64,000 nt of DNA from Vicinamibacteria bacterium (GTDB lineage Bacteria; Acidobacteriota; Vicinamibacteria; Marinacidobacterales; Marinacidobacteraceae): assembly GCA_965199715.1 (NCBI GenBank), contig OZ241322.1:2016001-2080000 (forward strand), given 5' to 3'. Position 1 is the first letter of the stretch. Each line of letters begins with the position of its first letter. The translations under genes were made by a program, and so were the position numbers. Below the pieces are notes generated by a model that was not told the origin of the DNA, searched no databases, and saw nothing but the letters and a program-made list of their open reading frames with translations. Positions 47,370-58,408 of the stretch are shown piece after piece.

Positions 47370-50300
47370 TTGACCTTCCTTCGGCCTCCCCGGGCGGTTT
47401 CCGAGGTTCCCGAGGTCGAGGCCGAGATCGCCCGGTTCTGGAAGGAGCGGCGGATCTTCGAGCGCAGCGTCGAGGCGCGGCGGGGCGGCAAGCCTTGGAT
47501 CTGGCACGACGGCCCTCCCACGGCGAACGGCCTGCCGCACAACGGCCACGTCCTCACCCGCGTCTTCAAGGACGTGTTCCCCCGCTACTGGACCATGCGG
47601 GGCCGCCACGTGGAGCGCAAGGCGGGCTGGGACACCCACGGCCTTCCGGTCGAGGTCGAGGTCGAGCGCGCGCTCGGGATCCACGGCCGCGCCGGCATCG
47701 AGGAGTACGGCGTCGGGCCGTTCGTCGAGCGGTGCATGGCGAGCGTCTTCCGCTACATCCGGAACTGGGAGGACATGACGGCCCGGATCGGGCACTGGGT
47801 GGACCTCGAGGACGCCTACGTCACCTACCGGACCGCCTACGTGGAGAGCGTCTGGTGGGCGCTGTCGGAGCTGCGCCGGAAGGGGTTGCTCTACCGGGGC
47901 GAGAAGGTCGTGTGGTGGTGGGCGCAGGGGGGCACCGCGCTCTCCTCCGCCGAGGTCGGGCTCGGCTACCGCGAGGTCGAGGACCCGGCCGTCTATGTCG
48001 CGCTGCCGCTCGAGGACGACCCGGGCGCCTCGCTCGTCGCGTGGACCACGACCCCGTGGACCCTGCCGTCCAACCTGTACGCCGCGGTGCGTCCGGGCGT
48101 GACCTACGCCGAGGTCGAGGACGGGACGCGCCGGCTGATCCTCGCCGACGCGCTCGTCGAGGATCTCCAGGGGCGCCTCGGTCGGCCGCTGCGCCGGCTG
48201 CGGACGCTCGGGGCGGAGGAGCTCGTCGGGCGCCGCTATCGGCCCCCGTTCGAGGACTACTGGAACCGCTTCCGGAACCTCGACGGCGTCCTCCCCGACG
48301 GGAGCCGCGTCCCCGCGTTCTGGCGGGTGCTGGCCGCCGACTTCGTCGAGCTGGACCAGGGCGCCGGCCTCGTCCATGAGGCTCCGGCGTTCGGCGAGGT
48401 GGATCACGAGCTCCACAAGAAGACCGTCTCCGCCTACGCGAACGCCCATGAGATTCCGCTGCCCTGCGCGGTCGGGCCGGACGGGCGCTTCACCGCCGAC
48501 GCGCCGGACCTCGAGGGGCTGTGGGTCAAGGACGCCGACGCCCGGATCCTGCGCATCCTGCGGGAACGGGGGCTCCTCGTGCACCGGGAGACGATCCGGC
48601 ACGAGTACCCGTTCTGCTGGCGCGCCGACGAGGATCCGCTCATCCAGTACGCCCGCCCGGCGTGGTTCATCCGCACCACTCGGCGCAAGGACGAGGCGCT
48701 GCGCAACAGCGGGGCCGTGGACTGGCGCCCCGAGCACATCCGCGAGGGGCGCTTCGGCGACTTCCTGCGCAACAACGTGGATTGGGCGCTCTCGCGGGAG
48801 CGCTTCTGGGGCACGCCGCTGAACATCTGGATCAACGACGAGACCGGCGCCCTCGACATGCCCGCGTCGGTGCGGGAGATCGAGGCGCGCAATCCGGACG
48901 CCTTCCGCGCGTTCCACGAGGAGCGAAAGCGGCGGCCCGAGCTCGATCCCGACCTGATGGTGCACAAGCCGTGGGTGGATCACGTGACCTGGACCCGTCC
49001 GGGCGAGCCCGGCACCTACCGCCGGGTTCCCGAAGTGATCGACTGCTGGTTCGACTCGGGCGCGATGCCGTTCGCCCAGTGGGGGTTCCCGCATCGGAAC
49101 CGGGACCGCTTCCTCCAGTCGTTCCCGGCCGACTACATCACCGAGGCGGTGGACCAGACGCGGGGCTGGTTCTACTCGCTGCTGATGATCTCGACGCTGC
49201 TCTTCGACCGGGACACCTGCGCCCGGCTCGAGATCCCTTCGCCCGAGGGGTCGCATCCCTACCGCTCGTGCCTCGTCCTCGGCCACGTCACCGACCCCGA
49301 GGGACGCAAGGAATCCAAGTCGCGCGGGAACTACACGCCGCCCGAGCGCACGCTGGGCGAGGCCGGCGCCGACGCCTTCCGCTGGTTCTTCCTCGCCGGG
49401 GCCACCCCGTGGGGCGGCAAGCGGCACTCGCTCGACAACGTCCGCGCCGCCGCCCGCGAGTTCCCGCTGCGGGTGCGCAACGTGCTCTCGTTCTTCACCA
49501 TCTACGCCGGGATCGACCGGTTCGACCCGCGCCGCGACGAGGCGCGGCCGGTCTCGGAGCGCTCCCCGCTGGACCGCTGGATCCTCTCCCACCTCGAGGA
49601 GACCACGCTCGCGGTCCGCGATGGACTCGGCTCGATCCGCGCCTACGAGGCGGCGCGCGCCCTCGCCGGGTTCACCGAGTCGCTCTCCAACTGGTGGCTG
49701 CGGCGCAGCCGCCGTCGTTTTTGGGAGTCCGGGCGCGGCCCGGACAAGCTGGACGCCTTCCGCACGCTCTACGACGCGCTCGTCCGGCTGTCCCGGCTCG
49801 CGGCCCCCTTCACGCCGTTCCTCGCCGAGGAGATGCACCGCGCGCTCGTGCCCGGTCCCGACCCCGAGAGCGTGCACCTCGCCGACTGGCCGGAGCCCGA
49901 GTTTCCGCTGGACGCGGCGCTGAACGAGGAGATGCGGCTGCTGCGCGAGGCCGCCTCGCTGGGCCTCAGGGTCCGCACCGAGCGCGGCGTCCGCACCCGG
50001 CAGCCGCTCGCCGCGGCACGGGTGGGGGTCGCCGACGCGGCGCTGCGGGAGCGGCTGGCTCCGCACCGGGAGCTGCTCGCCGGCGAGCTCAACGTCAAGA
50101 CGATCGAGTTCGCCGGGGACTTCGGCGACGCCATGGACGTCCGGGTCAAGCCCCGCTTCCGCCGGCTCGGCCCCCGGCTCGGTCGCGACATGGCCGAGGT
50201 GGCGCGGACGCTCGCCCGGACGCCGGGCCGGGAGATCCGCGACCGGGTGGACGCACAAGGCGGCCTGACCGTCGCGCTCGGCGGCGGCCGCGAGGCGCGC

Positions 50301-50681
50301 CTCGAACCCGACGACCTCGAGATTTCCTCGGCGCCCCGCGACGGCGTAGCGATCGCCGCCGACAGCCGTCTGGGCCTCTCGGTGGCGCTCGAGACCGAGC
50401 TCACCGACGAACTCGTGGAGGAGGGCCGGTACCGGGAGCTGCTGAACCGGGTCCAGAACCTGCGCAAGGACTTCGACCTCCCGTACGACGCCCGCATCCG
50501 GGTGTCGCTTTCGGGATCGCCGCGCCTGCTCGCGCTCGCCCGGGGGCGCGAGGAGCACTTTCGCGCCGAGACGCTCGCGGTGGATCTCGGCGACGGCGAG
50601 CTCGGGACCGGCGCGGCCCGCGAGATCGAGGTCGAGGGCGAGCGGGCCCGGCTCGAAATCCGCCAGGAGGGGACGGCGTGA
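47370..50681 (+). CDS. ileS: Isoleucine--tRNA ligase, type 2
   Basis: DGPPTANGLPHNGH, GWDTHGLPVE, WTTTPWTLPSN, DWALSRERFWGTP, DQTRGWFY; no C-terminal zinc finger. Confidence 0.97.
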   Translation: MTFLRPPRAVSEVPEVEAEIARFWKERRIFERSVEARRGGKPWIWHDGPPTANGLPHNGHVLTRVFKDVFPRYWTMRGRHVERKAGWDTHGLPVEVEVERALGIHGRAGIEEYGVGPFVERCMASVFRYIRNWEDMTARIGHWVDLEDAYVTYRTAYVESVWWALSELRRKGLLYRGEKVVWWWAQGGTALSSAEVGLGYREVEDPAVYVALPLEDDPGASLVAWTTTPWTLPSNLYAAVRPGVTYAEVEDGTRRLILADALVEDLQGRLGRPLRRLRTLGAEELVGRRYRPPFEDYWNRFRNLDGVLPDGSRVPAFWRVLAADFVELDQGAGLVHEAPAFGEVDHELHKKTVSAYANAHEIPLPCAVGPDGRFTADAPDLEGLWVKDADARILRILRERGLLVHRETIRHEYPFCWRADEDPLIQYARPAWFIRTTRRKDEALRNSGAVDWRPEHIREGRFGDFLRNNVDWALSRERFWGTPLNIWINDETGALDMPASVREIEARNPDAFRAFHEERKRRPELDPDLMVHKPWVDHVTWTRPGEPGTYRRVPEVIDCWFDSGAMPFAQWGFPHRNRDRFLQSFPADYITEAVDQTRGWFYSLLMISTLLFDRDTCARLEIPSPEGSHPYRSCLVLGHVTDPEGRKESKSRGNYTPPERTLGEAGADAFRWFFLAGATPWGGKRHSLDNVRAAAREFPLRVRNVLSFFTIYAGIDRFDPRRDEARPVSERSPLDRWILSHLEETTLAVRDGLGSIRAYEAARALAGFTESLSNWWLRRSRRRFWESGRGPDKLDAFRTLYDALVRLSRLAAPFTPFLAEEMHRALVPGPDPESVHLADWPEPEFPLDAALNEEMRLLREAASLGLRVRTERGVRTRQPLAAARVGVADAALRERLAPHRELLAGELNVKTIEFAGDFGDAMDVRVKPRFRRLGPRLGRDMAEVARTLARTPGREIRDRVDAQGGLTVALGGGREARLEPDDLEISSAPRDGVAIAADSRLGLSVALETELTDELVEEGRYRELLNRVQNLRKDFDLPYDARIRVSLSGSPRLLALARGREEHFRAETLAVDLGDGELGTGAAREIEVEGERARLEIRQEGTA

Positions 50682-51883
50682 GATTCTCGAGGGTCGCCGA
50701 GCGGCTCGAAGCCGGCGCCGCGGTCACCGACATCCTGAAACTGGCCGAGCGTCCGGACATCCTCTCGCTCGCCGGCGGGCTGCCCGATCCGGCGGTCTTC
50801 CGCATCGAGGACACCGCCGAGGCGATGGACGCCGTGCTCGGCCGGTCGGCGGCGGCGGCGCTCAACTACTCGCCGGCGGCGGGCGTGACCGCGCTTCGGG
50901 AGTACCTCGCCGACCGCACCGAACGCCGCTTCGGCGTCCCGGCGGATCCGGACGAAATCATGATCTCGAGCGGCGGACTCGAGGGAATCCGGCTAGCGCT
51001 GGCCGCGCTCCTCGACCCCGGCGACGCGCTGCTGCTGGAGAACCCGACCTACATGGCGGTCCTCCACCTGTGCCGCGAGATGGATTTCGTCCCGGTCGGG
51101 GTTCCCGTCGATCGGGACGGCCCGCTGCCCGACGGGCTCGACGCGCGCATCCGCGATCTGGCGGGGCGCGGCATGGCTCCCCGCGTGTTCTACGCGATCC
51201 CCTCGTTCCAGAACCCCACCGGGCGCACGTGGAGCCTCTCCCGCCGCCGGGAAGCGCTGGCGGTGCTCGAACGCCACGGCGTGACCGTCGTGGAGGACCA
51301 CGCCTACGCCGAGCTCGGATACGACGGCGGCCCGCTCCCGCCGCTGAAGGCGCTGGCGCCGGAGCGGACGGTGCTCGTCCACACCTTCTCCAAGATCTTC
51401 GGTCCCGGGCTCCGCCTCGGCTTCGCGGTCGCGGACCCGGAACTGGTGCGCCGGCTCGGGGTCGTCAAGCTGGGAACCGACCAGTGCACCGGCGCCCTCG
51501 TCCAGAGCCTCGCGCTGGCCTACGCGCGGACCGGGGCCCTCGAGCGGCAGGTCGAGGGCGCCCGCGAGCTCTACCGGGGCAAGCGGGACGCGATGCTGGA
51601 GGCCGTCCGGGAGACGTTTCCCGACGGCCCCGAACCCGACCGCCCGGCCGGGGGATTCTTCGTCTGGCTGGACTTCGGGGACCGGCCGCTGCGGGCGGAC
51701 ACGACGAGCCTGCTGCGCGAGGCGGCCGAAACGCACCGGGTCGCGTGGGTGGGCGGCTCCTGCTTCTTCGCCGACCCCGACGATCCGGTCGGAGCGAGGT
51801 CGATCCGGCTCTCGTTCAGCTTCCTCCCGGAAGACCGGCTCCGGGAGGGCGTGCGCCGGGTCGGGGCGGCCATCCAGGGGTGA
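50678..51883 (+). CDS. PLP-dependent aminotransferase class I/II (LysN/2-aminoadipate transaminase-like)
   Basis: SLAGGLPDP, FQNPTG, EDHAY, TFSKIFGPGLRLG, IRLSFS. Confidence 0.92.
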   Translation: MRFSRVAERLEAGAAVTDILKLAERPDILSLAGGLPDPAVFRIEDTAEAMDAVLGRSAAAALNYSPAAGVTALREYLADRTERRFGVPADPDEIMISSGGLEGIRLALAALLDPGDALLLENPTYMAVLHLCREMDFVPVGVPVDRDGPLPDGLDARIRDLAGRGMAPRVFYAIPSFQNPTGRTWSLSRRREALAVLERHGVTVVEDHAYAELGYDGGPLPPLKALAPERTVLVHTFSKIFGPGLRLGFAVADPELVRRLGVVKLGTDQCTGALVQSLALAYARTGALERQVEGARELYRGKRDAMLEAVRETFPDGPEPDRPAGGFFVWLDFGDRPLRADTTSLLREAAETHRVAWVGGSCFFADPDDPVGARSIRLSFSFLPEDRLREGVRRVGAAIQG

Positions 51884-52431
51884 TGGCGGGCCGGCTCTTC
51901 GTCGTCTCCGGCCCCTCCGGGGTCGGCAAGTCCACGATCCTCCGGCGGGTCACGGCGGCGGATCCCGACCTGCGTTTCGCCGTGTCCCACACGACCCGGC
52001 CCGAGCGCAACGGCGAGGTGGACGGGCGCGACTACCACTTCGTCACCGCGGACGAGTTCCGGCGGATGGTCGCGGCCTGCGCGTTCGTGGAGCACGCGGA
52101 GGTCCATGGCCACCGGTACGGCACGAGCCGCGCCGCGCTGCGCGCCGGGGGTTCGGAAGACCTGCTCATCGAGGTGGACGTTCAGGGAGCGGCGGCGCTG
52201 CGCGGCCTACCCGGCGTGGTCACGATCTTCATCGCCCCGCCTTCGGTCGAAGATCTTGAATCGAGGCTCCGGGGGCGGGGCCGCGACTCCGCCGAGGCGA
52301 TCCAGGGCCGCCTCGCCGCCGCGCCCGGCGAACTGGACGAGCGCGAACGCTACGACCGGGTGGTCGTGAACGAACACCTCGACGAAGCCGTCGACGAGCT
52401 CGCCCGCGTCATCGCCGAAGCCCGGCGCTGA
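51883..52431 (+). CDS. gmk: Guanylate kinase
   Basis: SGPSGVGKST, SHTTR, DGRDYHFV, YGT, DVQG. Confidence 0.96.
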   Translation: MAGRLFVVSGPSGVGKSTILRRVTAADPDLRFAVSHTTRPERNGEVDGRDYHFVTADEFRRMVAACAFVEHAEVHGHRYGTSRAALRAGGSEDLLIEVDVQGAAALRGLPGVVTIFIAPPSVEDLESRLRGRGRDSAEAIQGRLAAAPGELDERERYDRVVVNEHLDEAVDELARVIAEARR

Positions 52432-52432
52432 C

Positions 52433-54589
52433 TCAGTACTCGGCGAGCCGGACGATTTCCGCCGTCAGGTCCTCGACCTGGGGCAGGGTGGCCGCCTCGA
52501 GCGCCGGGTTGTAGGCGATCCACGTGTCCTTCGCGGCGGCCCGCCGCACCGGCGCGTCGAGATCCTCGAAGAGCTCGTCGGCGATGCGGGCCGCGATCTC
52601 GGCGCCGTAGCCGAAGCTGCGCGTGTCCTCGTAGGCCACGAGCGCCCGGTTCGTCTTCCGCACGCTCGCCGCGATCGCGTCCCAGTCGTAGGGCGCGAGC
52701 GACCGCAGGTCGAGGATCTCCACCGAGATCCCCTCGTCGGCGAGCGCCTTCCGGGCGGCGAGCTCGGCCCGGTGCACCAGCGCCCCGAAAGTCACCACCG
52801 TCAGGTCAGTACCGCTCTGGACGGTCCGCGCCTTGCCGAACGGGATCGTGAAGTCGGGGCCGGGATCGGGGCTCTTGTTGTAGGTCTGCCGGTACAGGTG
52901 CTTGTGCTCGAGGAAGATCACCGGGTCGTCGCTGCGGATCGCGGTCCGCAGCAACCCGGCGGCGTCGAGCGCCGTCGCCGGCATCACCACCCGCAGGCCG
53001 GGCAGGTGCGTGAAGAGCGCCTCCGCCGACTGGCTGTGGTACACCGCGCCTCCGGTCAGGTATCCGCCGGACGGAACCCGCATCACGAGCGGGGCCGAGT
53101 ACGCCCCGTTCGCCCGCCAACGCAGGCTCGCGATCTCGTTGCGGATCTGCATGTAGGCCGGCCAGATGTAGTCGAGGAACTGGATCTCCGCCACGGGGCG
53201 GATCCCCGTCAGCGACATCCCGCAGGCGACCCCGGCGATCGTGGCCTCGGCCAACGGCGTGTTGAACACCCGCTCCGACCCGAACTCGCGCTGGAGCCCC
53301 TGGCTCACCTTGAATACGCCGCCCTTGCCCTTGACCTCGCCGAGGTGCTCCTCCCGGCTCATGTCGGCCACGTCCTGCCCGAAGAGCACCACTCGCGGAT
53401 CGCGCTCCATTTCCTGGCGCAGGGTCAGGTTGACGAGATCCACCATGGTTCCCGGCTTGGCGCCGGGCGCGAAACGCGGCTCGGCGGCGAAGGCGTCCGA
53501 GCACGGATCCACGTTCGAGCTGTAGAGGTGCTCGTGGACGGTCTCCGGAGCGGGCCACGGCAGGGCGAGCGCGGCGCTCGCCGCGTCGGCCACCTCGTCC
53601 TTCACTTCGGATTCGAGCGCCGCGAGCTCCTCTGCGGACGCGCCGCCCGAATCCACGACGCGACGGCTCAGCAGCCGGATCGGATCGCGGGCGCGCTCGC
53701 GGTCCAGCTCGTCCGGGGTCTTGTAGTCGCGGTCGTCGTCCGAGAGCGAGTGGGACAGGAACCGCACGACCGACGCCTGCACCACCGCCGGCCCCGCGCC
53801 CGAGCGGACGTGGTCCACGGCCTCGGCCATCGTCCGCCAAGATTCCTCGTAGTCGCAGCCGTCGCAGGCGAGCACCTTCAGGCCCGGGTGGCCGCGCACC
53901 AACCCGGCGATGGAGCCGCCGGCGGTCTGGTGCTCCACCGGCACCGAGATCGCGTACCCGTTGTCCTCGATCAGGAAGATCACCGGGAGGTTGCGCAGGC
54001 ACGCGCTGTTGAGCGCTTCCCAGAACTCGCCCTCGCTGGTCGCGCCGTCGCCGGCGCACACCATCACGAGCGCGTCCGGGTGCTTTCGCTGCAGCCGAAG
54101 ACCGTGCGCGACCCCCACCGCGTGGAGGAACTGGGTGCCCACGCAGCTCGAATGGACCGCAAGGCCCAATTCCCGCTTGACGAAGTGGGACGGCATCTGA
54201 CGTCCGCCCGACGACGGGTCGGCGGCGGCGCCCCACGCCGCGGCGAACATCTCCGTCGGGGTCAACCCGAGCCGCAGCGCGAGCGCCCGGTCCCGGTAGT
54301 ACCCGAAGACCCAGTCCGTGGCCGGGCGCAGGAACGCGCCGGCGGCCGCGCCGATGGCCTCGTGGCCGGCGCCGCTGATCTGGAAGAACGACTTGTTCTG
54401 GCGCTTGAGGGTGATTTCCCGCAGGTCCACCGCCCTCGATACATGCATCAACCGCAGGACGTCCAGCAGCGCGGCGGACGTGAACGCCGCCTCTTCTCCG
54501 GACGCGCCGCTAGGGCCCCCGGACCCCTCCCAAGCCCCTCCCGAGTCCTCGGCCGCGCCGTTGCTGCGGGTGAGGTCGGGATCAGTCAA
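52433..54589 (-). CDS. Fused E1 alpha/beta 2-oxoacid (2-oxoisovalerate-type) dehydrogenase
   Basis: GDGATSEG...N ThDP motif, HSLSDD, NTPLAE, EIQF, HSQS, DLRSL. Confidence 0.93.
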   Translation of the reverse strand: MTDPDLTRSNGAAEDSGGAWEGSGGPSGASGEEAAFTSAALLDVLRLMHVSRAVDLREITLKRQNKSFFQISGAGHEAIGAAAGAFLRPATDWVFGYYRDRALALRLGLTPTEMFAAAWGAAADPSSGGRQMPSHFVKRELGLAVHSSCVGTQFLHAVGVAHGLRLQRKHPDALVMVCAGDGATSEGEFWEALNSACLRNLPVIFLIEDNGYAISVPVEHQTAGGSIAGLVRGHPGLKVLACDGCDYEESWRTMAEAVDHVRSGAGPAVVQASVVRFLSHSLSDDDRDYKTPDELDRERARDPIRLLSRRVVDSGGASAEELAALESEVKDEVADAASAALALPWPAPETVHEHLYSSNVDPCSDAFAAEPRFAPGAKPGTMVDLVNLTLRQEMERDPRVVLFGQDVADMSREEHLGEVKGKGGVFKVSQGLQREFGSERVFNTPLAEATIAGVACGMSLTGIRPVAEIQFLDYIWPAYMQIRNEIASLRWRANGAYSAPLVMRVPSGGYLTGGAVYHSQSAEALFTHLPGLRVVMPATALDAAGLLRTAIRSDDPVIFLEHKHLYRQTYNKSPDPGPDFTIPFGKARTVQSGTDLTVVTFGALVHRAELAARKALADEGISVEILDLRSLAPYDWDAIAASVRKTNRALVAYEDTRSFGYGAEIAARIADELFEDLDAPVRRAAAKDTWIAYNPALEAATLPQVEDLTAEIVRLAEY

Positions 54590-54629
54590 TCGTCAGGAGG
54601 CGATGGCTCTCGGCCGAATCGGGCCGACG

Positions 54630-54635
54630 ATTATA
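54630..54635 (-). promoter_or_regulatory. Consensus -10 box upstream of the E1 gene
   Basis: TATAAT on the minus strand in the 80-bp intergenic gap. Confidence 0.5.
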
Positions 54636-54669
54636 GGCCGGAGGTCCGCTCCGGCCGCCCCCCGGGATC

Positions 54670-55020
54670 TCAGCGCGCGAGCGCTTCGCCCGGCTTCTTC
54701 CGGTACTGCCGGTATTCGTAGGTCCGGTCGCGGTCCTCGGCGAGCCGCATCCCCTCGTCGTACTTGAACATGTGGATCGCGTCGTAGTCCGGCGGACAGA
54801 ACTTGGCGCACAGTTGGCAGCCGATGCAGGTCTCGACGTTGACCTCGCAGATTTCCCCCACCGCCTTCGGCTCGGGATCGGGGACGAGCGTGATGCAGTC
54901 CTTGACCGGGCAGACCGCGATGCACATCTCGCAGCCGCGCCCGAAGCACTTTCCGGCATCCACGTAGGCGAGGATTTTCGGCTGCCGCTTCCTCGGTCCG
55001 GTGATCAGGACATCCTGCAT
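54670..55020 (-). CDS. 4Fe-4S dicluster ferredoxin-like protein
   Basis: CFGRGCEMCIAVCP and CIGCQLCAKFCP. Confidence 0.9.
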   Translation of the reverse strand: MQDVLITGPRKRQPKILAYVDAGKCFGRGCEMCIAVCPVKDCITLVPDPEPKAVGEICEVNVETCIGCQLCAKFCPPDYDAIHMFKYDEGMRLAEDRDRTYEYRQYRKKPGEALAR

Positions 55021-55052
55021 GACGCCGTCAGAGTACCATTAGGGACGTTCCC

Positions 55053-56282
55053 ATGAGTCCTGCATCCGCCCTCGGTCGTCCCGAGCCGAAACCCGGAACG
55101 CACTACCGCCGGGGCCTCGGACTCCACGACGAGATCATCGGCGATGTCCAGCAGGATTACTCCGGGAGCGTCGTCCGGTTCGCCCGCGAGAACGGGTTTC
55201 GGTTCCGTGCCGGGGCGGTCCGGTTCCGGCTCGCCCGCGAGTTCGGATTCTGCTACGGAGTGGACCGAGCGATCGAGTACGCCTACGAGGCGAATCGCCG
55301 TTTCCCCGACCGGCGCATCTTCATCACCGGCGAGATCATCCACAACCCCTACGTGAACCGCCGGCTCTCCGGCATGGGGATCCGGTTCCTCGAGGGCGAG
55401 CCCGCCAGCGAGGCCAAGTTCGAGGGCATCGGGCCCGAGGACGTGGTCCTGCTGCCGGCGTTCGGGGTGGACACGACGGAACTCGAGATCCTGCGCCGCC
55501 GCCGCGCCGTGCTCGTCGATACGACCTGCGGCTCGGTGATGAACGTCTGGAAGAACGTGGAGCGCTACCGCCGCGACTCGCGCACCGCGGTCGTGCACGG
55601 CAAGGCCTCGCACGAGGAGACCCGCGCCACGACGTCCCGCGCCGGCACGTTCATCGTGCTTCTGGACATGGCCGAGGCCGAGATCGCCTGCCACCAGATC
55701 CGGAACCCGGGCGCCCTGTCGCCCGAAGCGTTCCGGGCGCGGTTCGAGGGGGCGCTCTCGCCCGGTTTCGACCCGGAGACGGATCTGGGCCGGATCGGGC
55801 TCGCGAACCAGACCACGATGCTCTCGGGCGAGTCGCTCGAGATCGCGCGGGTGCTGGGCGAGGCGCTTCGGGATCGCTACGGCGAGGAGGAGCTTCCCGA
55901 CCGGTTCCGCTCCTTCGACACGATCTGCAGCGCCACGCAGGAGCGGCAGGACGCCGTGGAGCAGCTCCTCGACGAGGAGAAGATGGACCTCGTCCTGGTG
56001 GTCGGCGGCTTCAACTCGTCGAACACCTCCCACCTCGAGGAGATCTGCTCGCGCGAGCTTCCCGCCTTCCACGTCTCGGGCCCCGAGGACTTGGAGTCGG
56101 GGGGCCGGATCCGCTGCCGCCGGGAGGGTTCGGTCGGCGAGGAGACCGACTGGCTGCCCGACGGGCCGGTCACCATCGGGCTCACGTCCGGAGCCTCCAC
56201 TCCCGACCTGAAGCTCGAGGAGACGGTTCTCCGGGTGCTCCAGCTCCGCGGCCTCGATCCGGCGGACATCGTTCCGGACTGA
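55053..56282 (+). CDS. ispH: 4-hydroxy-3-methylbut-2-enyl diphosphate reductase (long form)
   Basis: GFCYGVDRA, IIHNP, DTTC, HEET, NQTT, TICSATQERQ, SSNT, GASTP. Confidence 0.96.
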   Translation: MSPASALGRPEPKPGTHYRRGLGLHDEIIGDVQQDYSGSVVRFARENGFRFRAGAVRFRLAREFGFCYGVDRAIEYAYEANRRFPDRRIFITGEIIHNPYVNRRLSGMGIRFLEGEPASEAKFEGIGPEDVVLLPAFGVDTTELEILRRRRAVLVDTTCGSVMNVWKNVERYRRDSRTAVVHGKASHEETRATTSRAGTFIVLLDMAEAEIACHQIRNPGALSPEAFRARFEGALSPGFDPETDLGRIGLANQTTMLSGESLEIARVLGEALRDRYGEEELPDRFRSFDTICSATQERQDAVEQLLDEEKMDLVLVVGGFNSSNTSHLEEICSRELPAFHVSGPEDLESGGRIRCRREGSVGEETDWLPDGPVTIGLTSGASTPDLKLEETVLRVLQLRGLDPADIVPD

Positions 56283-56288
56283 CCGGCG

Positions 56289-58379
56289 GTGCGCACCGTC
56301 GGCCCGGCTGATCGGGCCGCCGCGCACGCCCGCCCGGGGATTCCGCAGCGGGTCGCCTCCCGCGCCTTCCGGGTGCGCAGCCAGTTCCGTCCGGCCGGCG
56401 GCCAGGAGGCCGCGATCGACGCGCTGGTCGGGGGCCTCGACCGGGGCGACCCGCTGCAGGTGCTGCTCGGGGTGACCGGTTCGGGCAAGACCTACACCGT
56501 GGCGAAGGTCATCGAGGCCGTGAACCGCCCGGCGCTGGTGGTCGCCCACAACAAGACCCTCGCGGCGCAGCTCTACCAGGAGTTCCGGCAGTTCTTACCC
56601 GACAACGCCGTCGAGTACTTCGTCAGCTACTACGACTATTACCAGCCGGAGGCCTACGTCCCCCAGAGCGACACGTACATCGAGAAGGAGGCCACGATCA
56701 ACGAGGAGATCGACCGGCTCCGCCTGTCCGCGACCCGTTCGCTCTTCGAGCGCGACGACGTCCTGATCGTCGCGAGCGTCTCGTGCATCTACGGCCTCGG
56801 CTCCCCCGAGGCCTACTACGGGATGCTCGTGGCGTTCGAGGAGGGCGCGTCGTTTCCGTCGCGCCGGGCGCTGCTCGCCAAGCTCGTGGAGATGCAGTAC
56901 GTCCGCAACGACTTCGCGCTGGAGCGGGGGCGGTTCCGGGTGCGCGGCGACACGGTGGAGATCGTGCCCGGCTACGACGACGTCGGCCTGCGCATCCGTC
57001 TCTTCGGCGACGAAGTGGAGCGCATCTCCCGGTTCGACCCGCTCACCGGGCGCGAGCACTCGCGCGAGAGCCGGGTCACGCTCTTCCCCCGCACGCACTA
57101 CGTGGCGGCGGCGGAGGATCTGAACCGGGCGCTCGGGTCCATCCGCGCCGAACTGGACGAGCGCCACCCCGAGCTGCTGCGGCGGGATAAGCGGCTCGAG
57201 GCGCAGCGGCTCATGCAGCGGACGCTCTTCGACCTCGACATGCTGGCCGAGACCGGCCATTGCCACGGCATCGAGAACTACTCGCGTCACTTCACCGGGC
57301 GCGCCCCGGGCGAGCCGCCCCCGACGCTCATGGACTACCTGCCCCGAAACACGCTCGTGGTCGTGGACGAGAGCCACCAGACGCACCCGCAGATCCGCGG
57401 CATGTACGCCGGCGACCAGGCCCGCAAGCGCGTTCTCGTGGAGCACGGCTTCCGCCTCCCGTCGGCGCTCGACAACCGCCCGCTCAACTTCGAGGAGTGG
57501 GAGCGGCGGATCGGTCAGGTGATCGCGGTCTCCGCGACTCCGGGGCCCTACGAGCTGGACGCCGCCGGCGGCTCGGTGGTCGAGCAGATCATCCGTCCCA
57601 CCGGACTCGTGGATCCGGCGGTCGAGGTGCGCCCGGCGGGGAATCAGGTGGACGACCTGCTGGAGGAGATCCGCACCACTGTCGGGAACGGCGAGCGGGT
57701 GCTCGTGACCACCCTCACCAAGCGCATGGCGGAGGATCTCGCCGAGTATCTCCACGAGCTCGGCGTGCGCTGCCGGTACATGCACGCCGACATCGACACC
57801 CTCGAACGCATCCAGATCCTGCGCTCGCTGCGGCTCGGCGAGTTCGACGTGCTCGTCGGGATCAACCTGCTGCGGGAGGGCCTCGACCTGCCCGAGGTGT
57901 CGCTGGTGGCGATCCTCGACGCGGACCGCGAGGGGTATCTGCGATCCGAGGGCGCCCTGATCCAGACGATCGGACGCGCGGCCCGCAACGTCGCCGGGCG
58001 GGCCATCCTCTACGCCGACCGAGTGACCGGATCGATGGAGCGCGCGATCGGCGAAACCCGCCGCCGCCGGGCGCTCCAGGAGGAGCACAACCGGGAGCAC
58101 GGGATCGTTCCGCAGACGGTGGTCAAGGACGTCGCGACGCACCTCGTCGGCGAGACGGCGGACGCCGCCGCGATCGACGAGGACGACTGGGCGCGGGCCG
58201 TCGGCCTCCTCGAATCGCCCGAGGGAAGCCCCGAAGAGGTCGAGAAGACCGTGGTCCGCCTCCGCAGGGAGATGAAGAAGGCGTCGCGCGAGCTGGAGTT
58301 CGAGCGCGCCGCCAAGATTCGCGACCGCATCCGGGAGCTCCAGCAGTTCGCGTTGCTCCGCGACGCCGGCGAGGTCTGA
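56289..58379 (+). CDS. uvrB: Excinuclease ABC subunit B
   Basis: [52 protein letters not shown]. Confidence 0.99.
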   Translation: MRTVGPADRAAAHARPGIPQRVASRAFRVRSQFRPAGGQEAAIDALVGGLDRGDPLQVLLGVTGSGKTYTVAKVIEAVNRPALVVAHNKTLAAQLYQEFRQFLPDNAVEYFVSYYDYYQPEAYVPQSDTYIEKEATINEEIDRLRLSATRSLFERDDVLIVASVSCIYGLGSPEAYYGMLVAFEEGASFPSRRALLAKLVEMQYVRNDFALERGRFRVRGDTVEIVPGYDDVGLRIRLFGDEVERISRFDPLTGREHSRESRVTLFPRTHYVAAAEDLNRALGSIRAELDERHPELLRRDKRLEAQRLMQRTLFDLDMLAETGHCHGIENYSRHFTGRAPGEPPPTLMDYLPRNTLVVVDESHQTHPQIRGMYAGDQARKRVLVEHGFRLPSALDNRPLNFEEWERRIGQVIAVSATPGPYELDAAGGSVVEQIIRPTGLVDPAVEVRPAGNQVDDLLEEIRTTVGNGERVLVTTLTKRMAEDLAEYLHELGVRCRYMHADIDTLERIQILRSLRLGEFDVLVGINLLREGLDLPEVSLVAILDADREGYLRSEGALIQTIGRAARNVAGRAILYADRVTGSMERAIGETRRRRALQEEHNREHGIVPQTVVKDVATHLVGETADAAAIDEDDWARAVGLLESPEGSPEEVEKTVVRLRREMKKASRELEFERAAKIRDRIRELQQFALLRDAGEV
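58335..58379 (+). repeat. Direct repeat copy 1: last 45 nt of uvrB
   Basis: 43/45 identical to 59119-59163. Confidence 0.95.
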
Positions 58380-58408
58380 CGAGGAACGTCGCCTGCTACC
58401 TTGTCGCG

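Noticed and set aside
48521-50677. Apparent long N-terminal extensions on the aminotransferase, FAD subunit (31671-33665), CoA-transferase, gmk and others
   Set aside because: Arg/Pro/Gly-rich off-frame read-through of upstream genes; real starts coincide with stop/start overlaps.
52433-54589. E1 alpha/beta fusion as a novelty
   Set aside because: A known architecture in several bacterial phyla.
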